Shown here: piece by piece, positions 8,818-17,853 of the stretch
Numbering within the stretch: position 1 is the stretch's first letter
Layout of the letters: each line of letters opens with the position of its first letter
Source of the DNA: Piscirickettsiaceae bacterium
Lineage (GTDB): Bacteria > Pseudomonadota > Gammaproteobacteria > Nitrosococcales > Methylophagaceae
Length of the DNA: 64,000 nt
Assembly: GCA_013215775.1 (NCBI GenBank)
Contig: JABSQO010000008.1
Coordinates: forward strand, 1,128-65,127
Direction of reading: 5' to 3'
Program-made: the position numbers and the translations under genes
The notes under the pieces: model-generated
Seen by the model: the letters and a program-made list of their open reading frames with translations, nothing else
Told to the model about the DNA's origin: nothing
Databases searched by the model: none

Positions 8818-9939
8818 TAGCTCTCTATAGAGTTCTGAATAGCTTGAAATCATTTTTTCTGCAGAAAACAATTCCCAATATCGTTTCTGCGCATTATCCC
8901 CCATTCTCTTGGCTTCAGTAGGGTTATCCCATAAATAGCACATGGCATTTCTTAATTCAGTGACATCACTGGGAGGTATGACTAAACCCGTCTCCCCATC
9001 AATATTAACAAAGGTTGTTCCCGTACCTATTTCACTTGAAATCAATGGCTTGCCAAACATTGCACCTTCTAACAGGACGATACCGAACGCTTCTGAACGT
9101 AAATGTGAAGGAAACACCACTGCGTAGCATGTTTTGAATAGGGTTACTTTATCTTGTTCCGACACTTCATTCACGAACAAAACATTTTTTAATCCTAGTT
9201 TTTCAGCTTGAACTTTTAATTCATTCTCAACCGGTCCCGATCCTGCAATGATTACAGGATATTCTAGGCCTACTAATGCCTCCATAAGAATATGTAATCC
9301 TTTGTAATACCGCAGTGCCCCTAAAAATAAGAAGAATTTTTCACCTGTGATATTTTGCCAATAATCCAATAACTCGGATGTTGGCTCTGAGTAGCTTTTC
9401 CTATCCAAGCCAAAAGGAATAACCTTAGTTTTATTTTGATAACGTTTTAACACTTCACTCGAAGCAAGATAATTTGGTGATGCCGAAATAATTGATGTTA
9501 CATCTGATAGAAAGCGATGCATTAATGGTCGGTATAATTTCAGTAAGTACTTTTGTCGGATGATATCCGAATGATAGCTCACCACTGTTGGCTTATTTAC
9601 TTGGCTATAAAAATGAACAAGGTCCATGAATGGCCATGGGAAGTGGTAATGTATAATGTCTGTTTGTTCTAGTAATGCCTTAAAACGGCTTAAGACTGAG
9701 ATTGAAAATCCCGTAGATGCCACTTCAAAACTCTGTTTTACTCGGTGTATCTGGTAACCATCTATTTCCAATACATCGTCCTTAACATCAGGACTTAGAA
9801 CTAGCACTTTATTCTCAATGCCATTACTAGCCCCCCCCCTACAAAGCTGATGAATAACCTGCTCCACTCCTCCAAATGAATAGGGATAGCAGGTTTTATA
9901 AAAATGTAAAACTCGAATAGGTTTTTGTGGCTTATGCAT
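8800..9939 (-). CDS. GT4-family glycosyltransferase (probable mannosyltransferase)
   Basis: 379 aa. GT-B/GT4 C-terminal signature FPSHLRSEAFGIVLLEGAMFGKPLISSEIGTG (E-x7-E). It lies in an operon fed by manC and manB. Confidence 0.8.
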   Translation of the reverse strand: MHKPQKPIRVLHFYKTCYPYSFGGVEQVIHQLCRGGASNGIENKVLVLSPDVKDDVLEIDGYQIHRVKQSFEVASTGFSISVLSRFKALLEQTDIIHYHFPWPFMDLVHFYSQVNKPTVVSYHSDIIRQKYLLKLYRPLMHRFLSDVTSIISASPNYLASSEVLKRYQNKTKVIPFGLDRKSYSEPTSELLDYWQNITGEKFFLFLGALRYYKGLHILMEALVGLEYPVIIAGSGPVENELKVQAEKLGLKNVLFVNEVSEQDKVTLFKTCYAVVFPSHLRSEAFGIVLLEGAMFGKPLISSEIGTGTTFVNIDGETGLVIPPSDVTELRNAMCYLWDNPTEAKRMGDNAQKRYWELFSAEKMISSYSELYRELIIPPR

Positions 9940-9942
9940 TCA

Positions 9943-11268
9943 TTAGGACTGTAATTTATCGTACACATCAATTGTTTGCTTTGCACAGCGCTGCCATGAA
10001 AATAGTTTTGCCTGCTGTTGACCAGCTTGACTTAATCTTTCGCGCATATTTTCATCTTCTAATAAATTGCTCCACCCATGTGCAATATCATCGACAGAAT
10101 AGGGATCCACTAGCAAACAACCATTTCCCGCAACTTCTGGTATCGAGCTAGTGTTTGATGATAATACAGCTGTACCGCTTGCCATAGCTTCTAAAACAGG
10201 CAATCCAAAACCTTCGTATATAGATGGATACAAAAATACTGTCGCCGCTGCATATAGCTTAGGAAGATCCTGTTCATCAACGTAGCCCAACCGTATTACT
10301 TCTTTTTTCTCAACCAATTGTGAAATTATCTGATGAATATTATCACTTGCCCAGCCCTTATCACCGACAATTGCCAATGGATATAATAATCGTATCTTTT
10401 TCGGCAATTTCTCAAATGCTTGTAATAATCGAACAAAATTCTTTCGCGGCTCTATTGTCGAAACAACAAGGCTGTATTGCTTATATTGTAAGCCGTGCTT
10501 TTCGAGAACACCTTGGCAGTCAACATCTGAATAAGGTTGAAACTTGGGCTCTACACCTAAATACACAACATTGACTTTATCTGCCTCGACATCAAGTAAC
10601 TCAATGATCTCTTGTTTCTGAAATTCTGAGACTGTGATAATCTGCATCGCTCGTCTAGCCACGTCATATATTTCTTTAGTCCAAAAGTCCGTACGCTCCT
10701 TTGGGTGACACTCAGGATGTCTAAGAACCGATAAGTCATGAATTGTCACAACCGATTTGTTTGAGGTTGGAATTAAATGATAATTGGGGCCATGAAAAGT
10801 ATACTTCGGTAAATTTCTTACTATATTTTTATACTTCCAATCCTTAAAGAGGTAATAGCCTCGACGAAAAAAGCCTTTAAATGGTACAAACTTTCGGTAT
10901 TGACGCACCTGCCTCCAATGCTTAAAGTTATTATAGTTTGAAATAAGTTGATCCCGAAAAGGAATCTGTTGTCGATAAGGTATTCGTTCCCAGAAAGGTA
11001 TAAATCGCCAAAAAGGTATATGAATAGAAGTGTTGTTATTTTCCACAGTATCTTGTTGAATTTCAGCACTTTCTCTAGGTATCACTTTTTCAACATATGC
11101 TTCTAATTCCTCCGATGTCTCTAATACCAATTGTTGTGTCAAAGTAAGTAATTTAACATTTTCAACAAGCGGTGATTTTAGAAGTTCTCGAGCTAAAGCC
11201 AAGGTATATCGACCAATCCCTGTTAATGGATGGGCTATAGATTCTATGTCCAGAATAACTCTCATCAA
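9943..11268 (-). CDS. GT4-family glycosyltransferase with an aromatic/basic insertion
   Basis: 441 aa. YPSIYEGFGLPVLEAMASGTAVLSSNTSSIPEVAG (E-x7-E). The N-terminal half carries an insertion with IPFWRFIPFWERIPYRQQIPFRDQ. Confidence 0.8.
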   Translation of the reverse strand: MMRVILDIESIAHPLTGIGRYTLALARELLKSPLVENVKLLTLTQQLVLETSEELEAYVEKVIPRESAEIQQDTVENNNTSIHIPFWRFIPFWERIPYRQQIPFRDQLISNYNNFKHWRQVRQYRKFVPFKGFFRRGYYLFKDWKYKNIVRNLPKYTFHGPNYHLIPTSNKSVVTIHDLSVLRHPECHPKERTDFWTKEIYDVARRAMQIITVSEFQKQEIIELLDVEADKVNVVYLGVEPKFQPYSDVDCQGVLEKHGLQYKQYSLVVSTIEPRKNFVRLLQAFEKLPKKIRLLYPLAIVGDKGWASDNIHQIISQLVEKKEVIRLGYVDEQDLPKLYAAATVFLYPSIYEGFGLPVLEAMASGTAVLSSNTSSIPEVAGNGCLLVDPYSVDDIAHGWSNLLEDENMRERLSQAGQQQAKLFSWQRCAKQTIDVYDKLQS

Positions 11269-14200
11269 AGCATTCCAAAACGAATGAGAACTGATTTACC
11301 ATATCTTCGGAGTCTAGGATAAGGATCCGTCATTTTCTTAACCTTTAGAACTACTCGCCAAACACATCCTTTTAGTTTGTTTTTTAACCTTGACAACAAA
11401 GTGTCTTCAACTTTAGGTATTTCTTTGTCACATTTATGAGTAATTGTCGTTGTTATGTCAAAATCGGGCACCAAAACATTTAATAATACCCTTGCAGTAA
11501 AATCAATCGTGGCTGCGGATAGTCCCAGCGGCTCATAGGCCTTTCGTGTCTCATCTGGCAGTATAAGACCAAACTCTTTAGCAAGGTATTCAGTATGTCG
11601 TGCAGATAGACTGAGTACCGCTTCTTGTTGCGAATCTTTTAATTGAATTTTTCTACCTTCTATCATTGGTAAAAATCCTCTTCCAATATTCCTTTTGTTT
11701 TTAAATTCTGTTCCCAGCGGTATATAACCATCTAATATTTTAATCATCCGGTCACCAATGATTACCGCCTCTTCAGACAGTGAAGAATTATAATTCGGCG
11801 CCATCATTAACACTTTTTCCTCAATTGACTGCGGAAAATTTAGCAATCGCAAAAAATCCAATACAACATTGCCATTTGGTAATAATTCTTTAGAGAAAGG
11901 CCTAACATTAAGTTGTTTTTCTCCAAATACCCTAATTAATTTCTCTAAAAAATCTTGGTAAGGCTGCGTTGGAATATGCATCCCTTCCCAAACTCTTTCG
12001 CCCGTTTTAACACGTTGACTTATCGCACTGGTAGCGTATGACAACGGTGATCTGACATAGAGTACGACTTCAATTTCATCACAGTACTGTTCAAGAAATT
12101 GTTTTATTTGTTCAAGGCTTGACTCTGTCATATGAACAAAGCCCTCACATGACAATACCGCTGTATCTGCTGGAATTTCAAGAAATGCTTTCTCAAGATA
12201 GGAAATATATTCTCTATCCCTGTCTAGAATTTTTTGAAGATGCTGTTCACGATTAAACGATTTGTTATAAATAAATAATTCAGATTCAGGAGTAAAATAG
12301 GATCCTAAATTATGAGCCCTAAGACCGGCCGGATAAAATACACTATTTTTAAGTAATAATTCTCGCCCCTTATGTAAAGTCGTCTGTATAGAGGTCGTCC
12401 CTGTCTTGTCTGGCCCCACATGAAATATTATCTTTTTAAACTTACCTTCTTTTTTCCTTACAATAGCTTCAGGGCCTTTAGGCAAGACCATCCCTCTTCT
12501 TATATCATCTACTTTAGGTGACGAATGCTTAGTACCCGTTGATAGGTCAAAATCAGGTACTAATATGTTCAGAAGCACTCGCGCAGTAAAATCAATTGTT
12601 TCTTTTGAAATATTTAATGGCTCGTATGGAGATATATTTTCATTCTGTAATTCAATACCAAACTCATTGGTAAGATAATCTATATGAGGCTTGCTTGCCT
12701 TAAGAATTTCTTTTCGTTGGAAATCGTTAAATTGGAACTTTCTCCCTTTTATCCGAGGTAAGAACTCTCCACCAATCCCTCTCTTAACCCTAAATTCGTC
12801 CCCAGGAGGAATATAACCATCTAATAATTCTATCATCCTGTTTCCTACCAGCCTCGCTTCGGCTGATAAAGAAGAATTTTGGGGGGGCATTACATCTATT
12901 ACCTTGCTTTGTACCGATTTTGGTAAATTTAATAACGAAAGAAAATCTAAAACCACATTCCCGTTGGGAAGGGATTCTTTTGTAAATTGTCGAATATTAA
13001 TTTTCTTCTTACCAAAAACTCGGATTAACTTTTCCATTACGTCCTGAAATGGGAATGCAGGAAAGAAATTTTCATCAAACGTTCCTTCGCCACGTTTAAC
13101 ACGCTGGCTTAATGCACTCCCCGCGTATGACAGTGGTGCTCTTGCATACAAGACCACTTCAATGTCATCACAATACTCGGTGAGAAATTCTCTCATTCGC
13201 TCAAATGCATCCTCTGCGAGATGGGCAAACCCCTCACATGAAAGAACTAATGTATCCGCTTGTATTTTATTGAAACTATTTTTAAGGAACGCTAAATAAT
13301 TTTGATCTCTATGAAGAATTTCCTGTAAATGCTGTTCACAGTTATATCCCTCGTTATAGATAAATAAGTCTGCTTCAGCAGTAACACAAGATCCTAGTAT
13401 GTGGTGCCTTTTTTTGTTAACACCACTTCCAATAGGGTAAAAAACACCATGTTCAAGTAACAACTCTCGGCTTTTATCTAGGGAAAATTGTATTGATGTT
13501 GAACCAGTTTTATCAGGTCCAACATGTAATATCACTTTCTTATATTTACTTATTTTGGGGGGGGTGACTATAGGAAAGCTGATTTCACTAACTGCATCTG
13601 GATGTATTTTAACAATGCTGTGAGCCATTTTATTTAACTGATCATACATTATCGTATTTTTGGTGAAATACAACTGATAAAAATATTGATAGACTGGTAT
13701 CGCAATGTGTTTCTTCAATTCATTGAGGATAAAAATGACCGTATCAATTTGTTCTGTATTCCATGTTAACTCTCTTTCACTCGTTGAATAATTGATAGGC
13801 ATAAAGAATTTTTCACCCAATAATGCTAATATCATCTCCCTTTCATCAGCTACTACGTTTTCGATTTGGCTAAATTCCCGACCAGTCAATACAAACTTTT
13901 CTCCTTTTATCGCCAATAAAGGAAAAAAATCTCTTCGGTTCTTCATAAGTTCCGAGCTATTGTTATGTATATAATCGATCAACCTCACGGCTTGGCTAGA
14001 CCTCGATTCATTAACAATTTTTAATTTAATTGAATTCTGTTTCTGAATATCTAATAAATTTAGGAAATAGGCTACTGGTCCATTTGGGAACTGACAGGCC
14101 TTCTCAAAGCAGTGAAATTCAACAGATGTCCCGAAAACATCTATCAAAGTTCTTATCTTCAAATAACTTTTTTTATTCTTATTAAGCTTATCTAATTGGG

Positions 14201-14666
14201 CTTGGATACTACCGTTAGGAATTCGTTGTTGAATCTGGGACGTCACCAAATTGCTTGGATCTCGAACAAAGGTTATGACTCTGATCTTAAAGCCCATTAA
14301 ATCAAATTTATTTTTAAGCTCAATAAGCTCCTCTTCATCTAGGCTAGAAATAAATTCGTCAGAAAACAACACACGGTCATGATTGATAATATCCTTTTTA
14401 AGGATATTATCAATTTGTTGATTTATTTGATCCGGATCAAAATCATTAAGCATTTTATAATGCTGAAAGTCTTCTGGATATTTAGTAAAAAAACCAAACA
14501 ATGGAATCGATTGATTATAGAAGCGATGACCTTCTATAAGCATATCGGGATAGTAGTAACCTAGTTTTTTAAGTTTTTCCCTATTGTTGCCCAAGGTGTG
14601 CTGAATCGATGACGAAGCAGTTTTATGAAATCCACAGTGGATAATTAGTTGTTTTTGATTATTCAT
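11265..14666 (-). CDS. Large protein made of three tandem sulfotransferase-like modules
   Basis: 1133 aa. Each module starts with a PAPS-loop-like motif (HCGFHKTASSSIQ at aa 10-22, HVGPDKTGSTSIQ at aa 381-393, HVGPDKTGTTSIQ at aa 749-761). Each also has a 3'-PB-like motif (VRDPSNLVTS, YARAPLSYAGS, YVRSPLSYATS). There is no GxxxxGK[ST] Walker A, so this is a sulfotransferase fold rather than an NTPase. Basic amphipathic C-terminal tail. Confidence 0.55.
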   Translation of the reverse strand: MNNQKQLIIHCGFHKTASSSIQHTLGNNREKLKKLGYYYPDMLIEGHRFYNQSIPLFGFFTKYPEDFQHYKMLNDFDPDQINQQIDNILKKDIINHDRVLFSDEFISSLDEEELIELKNKFDLMGFKIRVITFVRDPSNLVTSQIQQRIPNGSIQAQLDKLNKNKKSYLKIRTLIDVFGTSVEFHCFEKACQFPNGPVAYFLNLLDIQKQNSIKLKIVNESRSSQAVRLIDYIHNNSSELMKNRRDFFPLLAIKGEKFVLTGREFSQIENVVADEREMILALLGEKFFMPINYSTSERELTWNTEQIDTVIFILNELKKHIAIPVYQYFYQLYFTKNTIMYDQLNKMAHSIVKIHPDAVSEISFPIVTPPKISKYKKVILHVGPDKTGSTSIQFSLDKSRELLLEHGVFYPIGSGVNKKRHHILGSCVTAEADLFIYNEGYNCEQHLQEILHRDQNYLAFLKNSFNKIQADTLVLSCEGFAHLAEDAFERMREFLTEYCDDIEVVLYARAPLSYAGSALSQRVKRGEGTFDENFFPAFPFQDVMEKLIRVFGKKKINIRQFTKESLPNGNVVLDFLSLLNLPKSVQSKVIDVMPPQNSSLSAEARLVGNRMIELLDGYIPPGDEFRVKRGIGGEFLPRIKGRKFQFNDFQRKEILKASKPHIDYLTNEFGIELQNENISPYEPLNISKETIDFTARVLLNILVPDFDLSTGTKHSSPKVDDIRRGMVLPKGPEAIVRKKEGKFKKIIFHVGPDKTGTTSIQTTLHKGRELLLKNSVFYPAGLRAHNLGSYFTPESELFIYNKSFNREQHLQKILDRDREYISYLEKAFLEIPADTAVLSCEGFVHMTESSLEQIKQFLEQYCDEIEVVLYVRSPLSYATSAISQRVKTGERVWEGMHIPTQPYQDFLEKLIRVFGEKQLNVRPFSKELLPNGNVVLDFLRLLNFPQSIEEKVLMMAPNYNSSLSEEAVIIGDRMIKILDGYIPLGTEFKNKRNIGRGFLPMIEGRKIQLKDSQQEAVLSLSARHTEYLAKEFGLILPDETRKAYEPLGLSAATIDFTARVLLNVLVPDFDITTTITHKCDKEIPKVEDTLLSRLKNKLKGCVWRVVLKVKKMTDPYPRLRRYGKSVLIRFGML
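11442..13547 (-). repeat. In-frame tandem duplication (about 1.1 kb x 2) inside the 1133-aa gene
   Basis: aa 374-741 and aa 742-~1075 align end to end, roughly 60% identical by eye. Examples: VLSCEGFAHLAEDAFERMREFLTEYCDDIEVVLYARAPLSYAGSALSQRVK vs VLSCEGFVHMTESSLEQIKQFLEQYCDEIEVVLYVRSPLSYATSAISQRVK; LPNGNVVLDFLSLLNLP vs LPNGNVVLDFLRLLNFP; IDFTARVLLNILVPDFD vs IDFTARVLLNVLVPDFD. Confidence 0.85.
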
Positions 14667-14717
14667 TTACTCTTCAATACTCATTAATTTATCTAGAACA
14701 GCTAAAATTATATGGTT

Positions 14718-16415
14718 TTATTTTGTATCTAAGCACTCTAAAATGAGGGGAATTAAATCATATGCTTGTAAAAATTTCTGGCTATTGATCAATTGTTCAA
14801 AAGCATATATAGATGCTGCTAGGCTTGTATCTGAATCTTTCACTTCCTGAGTATCTTCCCGACAGTCTCGTGTTTTTTCTGTGGCTACGGCCAAACGACT
14901 CAAGCCATCGTCCTTAATTGACCACCCTGCCCCCATCGGCTCTATCGCCCATCGATTCCAATGTAATGCAACTATTGCTTTTTCTGTTATTAATAACATT
15001 TTCCGTGATAATTTCGGATTAATCACTGTCAACGGAAGCATGTTTAATCGGTTTTTAATCTCTTTAGTAACCGCTAATAATTTTGCAATGTCATCACCAA
15101 CAGTGCTATCCGTTAAATTACTGACATATTCTACACGTTGCCAAAACTGTTGATCTAAACGTTGTGGTAATAGTGGGTGTGATCGCAAATATTTTTCTAC
15201 AAATAGCTTAGGCGGAATTACCTTCATCAACGATTCATTAAGTTTAAATTTACTATCTTCTGTTTTCTCATACCTCGGTGCACTACCATTTTTCCAATCA
15301 AATAATAAACAATAAAAACCTTGTACTTCATCAATTGCTAAAAGCTCTAAACTAGGTATATCTGGAATTTGCAGCATAATTTCATTTTCATGCTGAGCAG
15401 CCAAAGTTTGTTTTTTGCCAAATAGTTTGATTAGATATTCATCCTTTTCACCTGTAGCAGTACAGACTGAAGCTCGATAAACCTGTACATCTCGTACATC
15501 CAACTGCAACCATTGACATGTAATCTTCTCAGGCCTTTTACCAGTAGACCGTTCAATGACCACCCCAACCCATTGTTGAACATTCGATGGCTCTGCCAAT
15601 GTCCAAAATAAATCTCCATGAAATGTTTTATCTTGAACTAGAACCTGTTCATTAAAAAATAATGCATTAATTTGAACATGTCGCAATACAAGGTTTTTTA
15701 TATTTACAATTACTTTTTTGAGACTCCCTTGAAACTGCCGAATCAGTATAAAGGTCAAAATCATGATGAGTATGCCCGGACCATCACCATTAATCGCTTG
15801 ATATATCATGAATACAAAAACAAGCAAATACCCCACATCAAATAGCGTCATCAGGCTGGATTTTGAGTTGTCATTTTGAATTAAGTGGTGGTCTGCAACC
15901 ATAAAAAATGCTCGATGCAATCCTATAATCACAATACCATAACTCACCATCAATACTAATACGCTTGGATAAAGCCAAGCTAAGACAGCTACTGAAATAA
16001 ACAGGAAAAAGAGTTCTGCCAAACTTTGTGAGTATCGCTGAAACCCTTTCTGAGCTACATCCTGCTGATTATCAAAAAGCGGCATTTTCCCCGTGTTTAT
16101 TAATATGTTCTCTGCTCCCATTTCTGTTAACTTAACCAACACTTTTTCAGAGGTTAGATATATCATATAAAAAACGACTGTCGCCCCGCACAAGGCTATA
16201 ACTAACGTTTCACGCTCAAACAGTTGGAAACTAGCCGGGAAAAATTTAGGGATACCAGTCGAGCCTAGCAAAATTACAACTTTTAAAGGCAGGTATGACA
16301 CTAAAATACTTGTGAATTTTGAAATTAATGAAAAGACAATACTAAAAATAGTCTGATTAGGTACAATCCTAAAAAACTTTCTGCCCATTAAAGAAAGCCA
16401 ATGAAAATTTTTCAT
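14718..16415 (-). CDS. Polytopic membrane protein with a large cytoplasmic C-terminal domain of unknown function (possibly a degenerate kinase-like fold)
   Basis: 565 aa. About 5-6 TM segments in the first ~250 aa, then a soluble domain of ~300 aa. I recognised no catalytic motif. See the findings for the weak kinase-fold resemblance. Confidence 0.45.
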   Translation of the reverse strand: MKNFHWLSLMGRKFFRIVPNQTIFSIVFSLISKFTSILVSYLPLKVVILLGSTGIPKFFPASFQLFERETLVIALCGATVVFYMIYLTSEKVLVKLTEMGAENILINTGKMPLFDNQQDVAQKGFQRYSQSLAELFFLFISVAVLAWLYPSVLVLMVSYGIVIIGLHRAFFMVADHHLIQNDNSKSSLMTLFDVGYLLVFVFMIYQAINGDGPGILIMILTFILIRQFQGSLKKVIVNIKNLVLRHVQINALFFNEQVLVQDKTFHGDLFWTLAEPSNVQQWVGVVIERSTGKRPEKITCQWLQLDVRDVQVYRASVCTATGEKDEYLIKLFGKKQTLAAQHENEIMLQIPDIPSLELLAIDEVQGFYCLLFDWKNGSAPRYEKTEDSKFKLNESLMKVIPPKLFVEKYLRSHPLLPQRLDQQFWQRVEYVSNLTDSTVGDDIAKLLAVTKEIKNRLNMLPLTVINPKLSRKMLLITEKAIVALHWNRWAIEPMGAGWSIKDDGLSRLAVATEKTRDCREDTQEVKDSDTSLAASIYAFEQLINSQKFLQAYDLIPLILECLDTK

Positions 16416-16464
16416 TGTAAATTCTGATGACCTCTATTAAATTTCATTTGTACTCTTTCAGCAG

Positions 16465-17796
16465 TCATTGGTTTTTAAGAAAGTTCATAATACTACGCAG
16501 TGGTGCAGTTATCCGCCATGAATGGCTACGATATAACATTTCTAGTTTGCTCTCTACTTGGTTTACTTTAGATTCCGCTTGCTGTGCTAAGACTTCAGCT
16601 TGGTCTGTTTTGCCATTAGCCTGCTCTACTTTCGCTTCTGCTTGTTCTACTTTCGCTTCTGCTTGTTCTACTTTCGCTTCTGCTTGTTCTACTTTCGCTT
16701 CTGCTTCTTTTATTTTAGTTTCAACCTCAGAAAGATTACTCATAGCATTAGAAAGTTCTGCCTCATATCTTTTTACAATTTTTCGAGCTGTCATCTCTTT
16801 ACTCACAATAAGATTCTTATCTACCTGTGACACCTTCGCTAAAGATATTCTTTCTTCATTTAGCGCCCTTAATTCTTTCATTTCATATTGACTGTAGCCA
16901 TGTTTCACCAATAAGTCATGAATTTCTTGTTCTATCTCATTATAAAAACCTGTTTCACTCTGCACATAAATTGATTGCGGCATATCACAATCTGAAAAAT
17001 CAATTCCTTGCACACCTAAGTTATCTAAATTATTGAGAATGTCTTTACGATAATAATCCGAATAACTCAATTGATCGATATTAATAGCTATATCACAACT
17101 AGGTTTCGCTTCAAGAAATGCATGGCACCATAAGGCATAGAAAAGCTTATAACTTCTTGGTGCATCTAACCTATTTCGGTTTAAGGAAGTTTGTTGTTCG
17201 ACCTTTTCCCATGAATTAAATTGTTCAAGTTCAAGATCGCTAATCACTTCAGTCAAAAATGGGGGTATATTTTGTGCATTTGCAATCAATAGATTCCGTT
17301 GATCAAAGTAATTGTCTATTTTATAAGACCACCACTGGTTCCAAGGATGTCGCCACAAAAATATATGCACTCCTCCAAACTCTGTTTTCAAACATGCTGT
17401 ACGTCCAGATGTACGACAACATTGAAAAACAGGACGGCCCTGTGCTCTATTTGATAAAAAAGTGAAATAATCTTTAAGATTACTAACATCACTACCTGCC
17501 GGTAAAAAATATTGATAATAAGAAAGCTCTTTGGGGAAAGTATTCTTTATCTCACCAGCGATCATTTGAAATTCATAATAGTAAGGCTTATCGATCTGTG
17601 GATGATTCAAATATCTAGCCATTTCTTTACCAACTTCTTGCATCTGATTGGTATCAAGTAATAATAAATGCTCATTTAATGGTTCTTGGTAACACCAGTA
17701 CCCAGAATTGGACCGGCGAAAAACATTAAATAAATAAGTGCTTCCTGAACGGAAAAGAGAGTGAATAAAAATTGGACTTTTATCTTTTTTATTCAT
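16465..17796 (-). CDS. Sulfotransferase-family protein with a C-terminal heptad-repeat coiled coil
   Basis: 443 aa. 5'-PSB-like IFIHSLFRSGSTYLFNVF and 3'-PB-like FLWRHPWNQWWSYK. The C-terminus is KEAEAKVEQAEAKVEQAEAKVEQAEAKVEQANGKTDQAEVLAQQAESKVNQVESKLEMLYRSHSWRITAPLRSIMNFL. Confidence 0.65.
   Translation of the reverse strand: MNKKDKSPIFIHSLFRSGSTYLFNVFRRSNSGYWCYQEPLNEHLLLLDTNQMQEVGKEMARYLNHPQIDKPYYYEFQMIAGEIKNTFPKELSYYQYFLPAGSDVSNLKDYFTFLSNRAQGRPVFQCCRTSGRTACLKTEFGGVHIFLWRHPWNQWWSYKIDNYFDQRNLLIANAQNIPPFLTEVISDLELEQFNSWEKVEQQTSLNRNRLDAPRSYKLFYALWCHAFLEAKPSCDIAINIDQLSYSDYYRKDILNNLDNLGVQGIDFSDCDMPQSIYVQSETGFYNEIEQEIHDLLVKHGYSQYEMKELRALNEERISLAKVSQVDKNLIVSKEMTARKIVKRYEAELSNAMSNLSEVETKIKEAEAKVEQAEAKVEQAEAKVEQAEAKVEQANGKTDQAEVLAQQAESKVNQVESKLEMLYRSHSWRITAPLRSIMNFLKNQ
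16619..16702 (-). repeat. 21-bp tandem repeat, four copies (three perfect, one with 2 mismatches), coding for (AEAKVEQ)n
   Basis: The unit gcttgttctactttcgcttct occurs at 16640-16660, 16661-16681 and 16682-16702. A diverged copy is at 16619-16639 and a partial copy follows to ~16710. It is in frame within the sulfotransferase gene. Confidence 0.95.
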
Positions 17797-17853
17797 GATT
17801 GACCTAAGGGAAGGTAAACCAAGAAAGAGATTCTATTTAGCTTTAGCTCTAAC

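Noticed and set aside
9801-11069. Small minus-strand ORFs in alternative frames (9801..9986, 10557..10739, 10821..11069) and plus-strand ORFs (9927..10151, 10320..10574) around the GT4 genes.
   Set aside because: All are nested in or straddle the well-supported GT4 reading frames. They lack motifs and independent translation signals.
16619-16702. I checked whether the 21-bp repeat array could be a CRISPR or another spacer-containing array.
   Set aside because: The copies are directly abutting with no spacers, sit in frame within a gene, and number only four. This is a coding minisatellite, not a CRISPR.
16427-16891. 154-aa plus-strand ORF with a striking ACSTFAS x4 repeat, and the overlapping 76-aa ORF at 16600..16830.
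   Set aside because: The repeat is simply the reverse-strand reading of the 21-bp tandem repeat that encodes the (AEAKVEQ)n coiled coil of the minus-strand sulfotransferase. The minus-strand frame has domain motifs and operon context; these ORFs do not.
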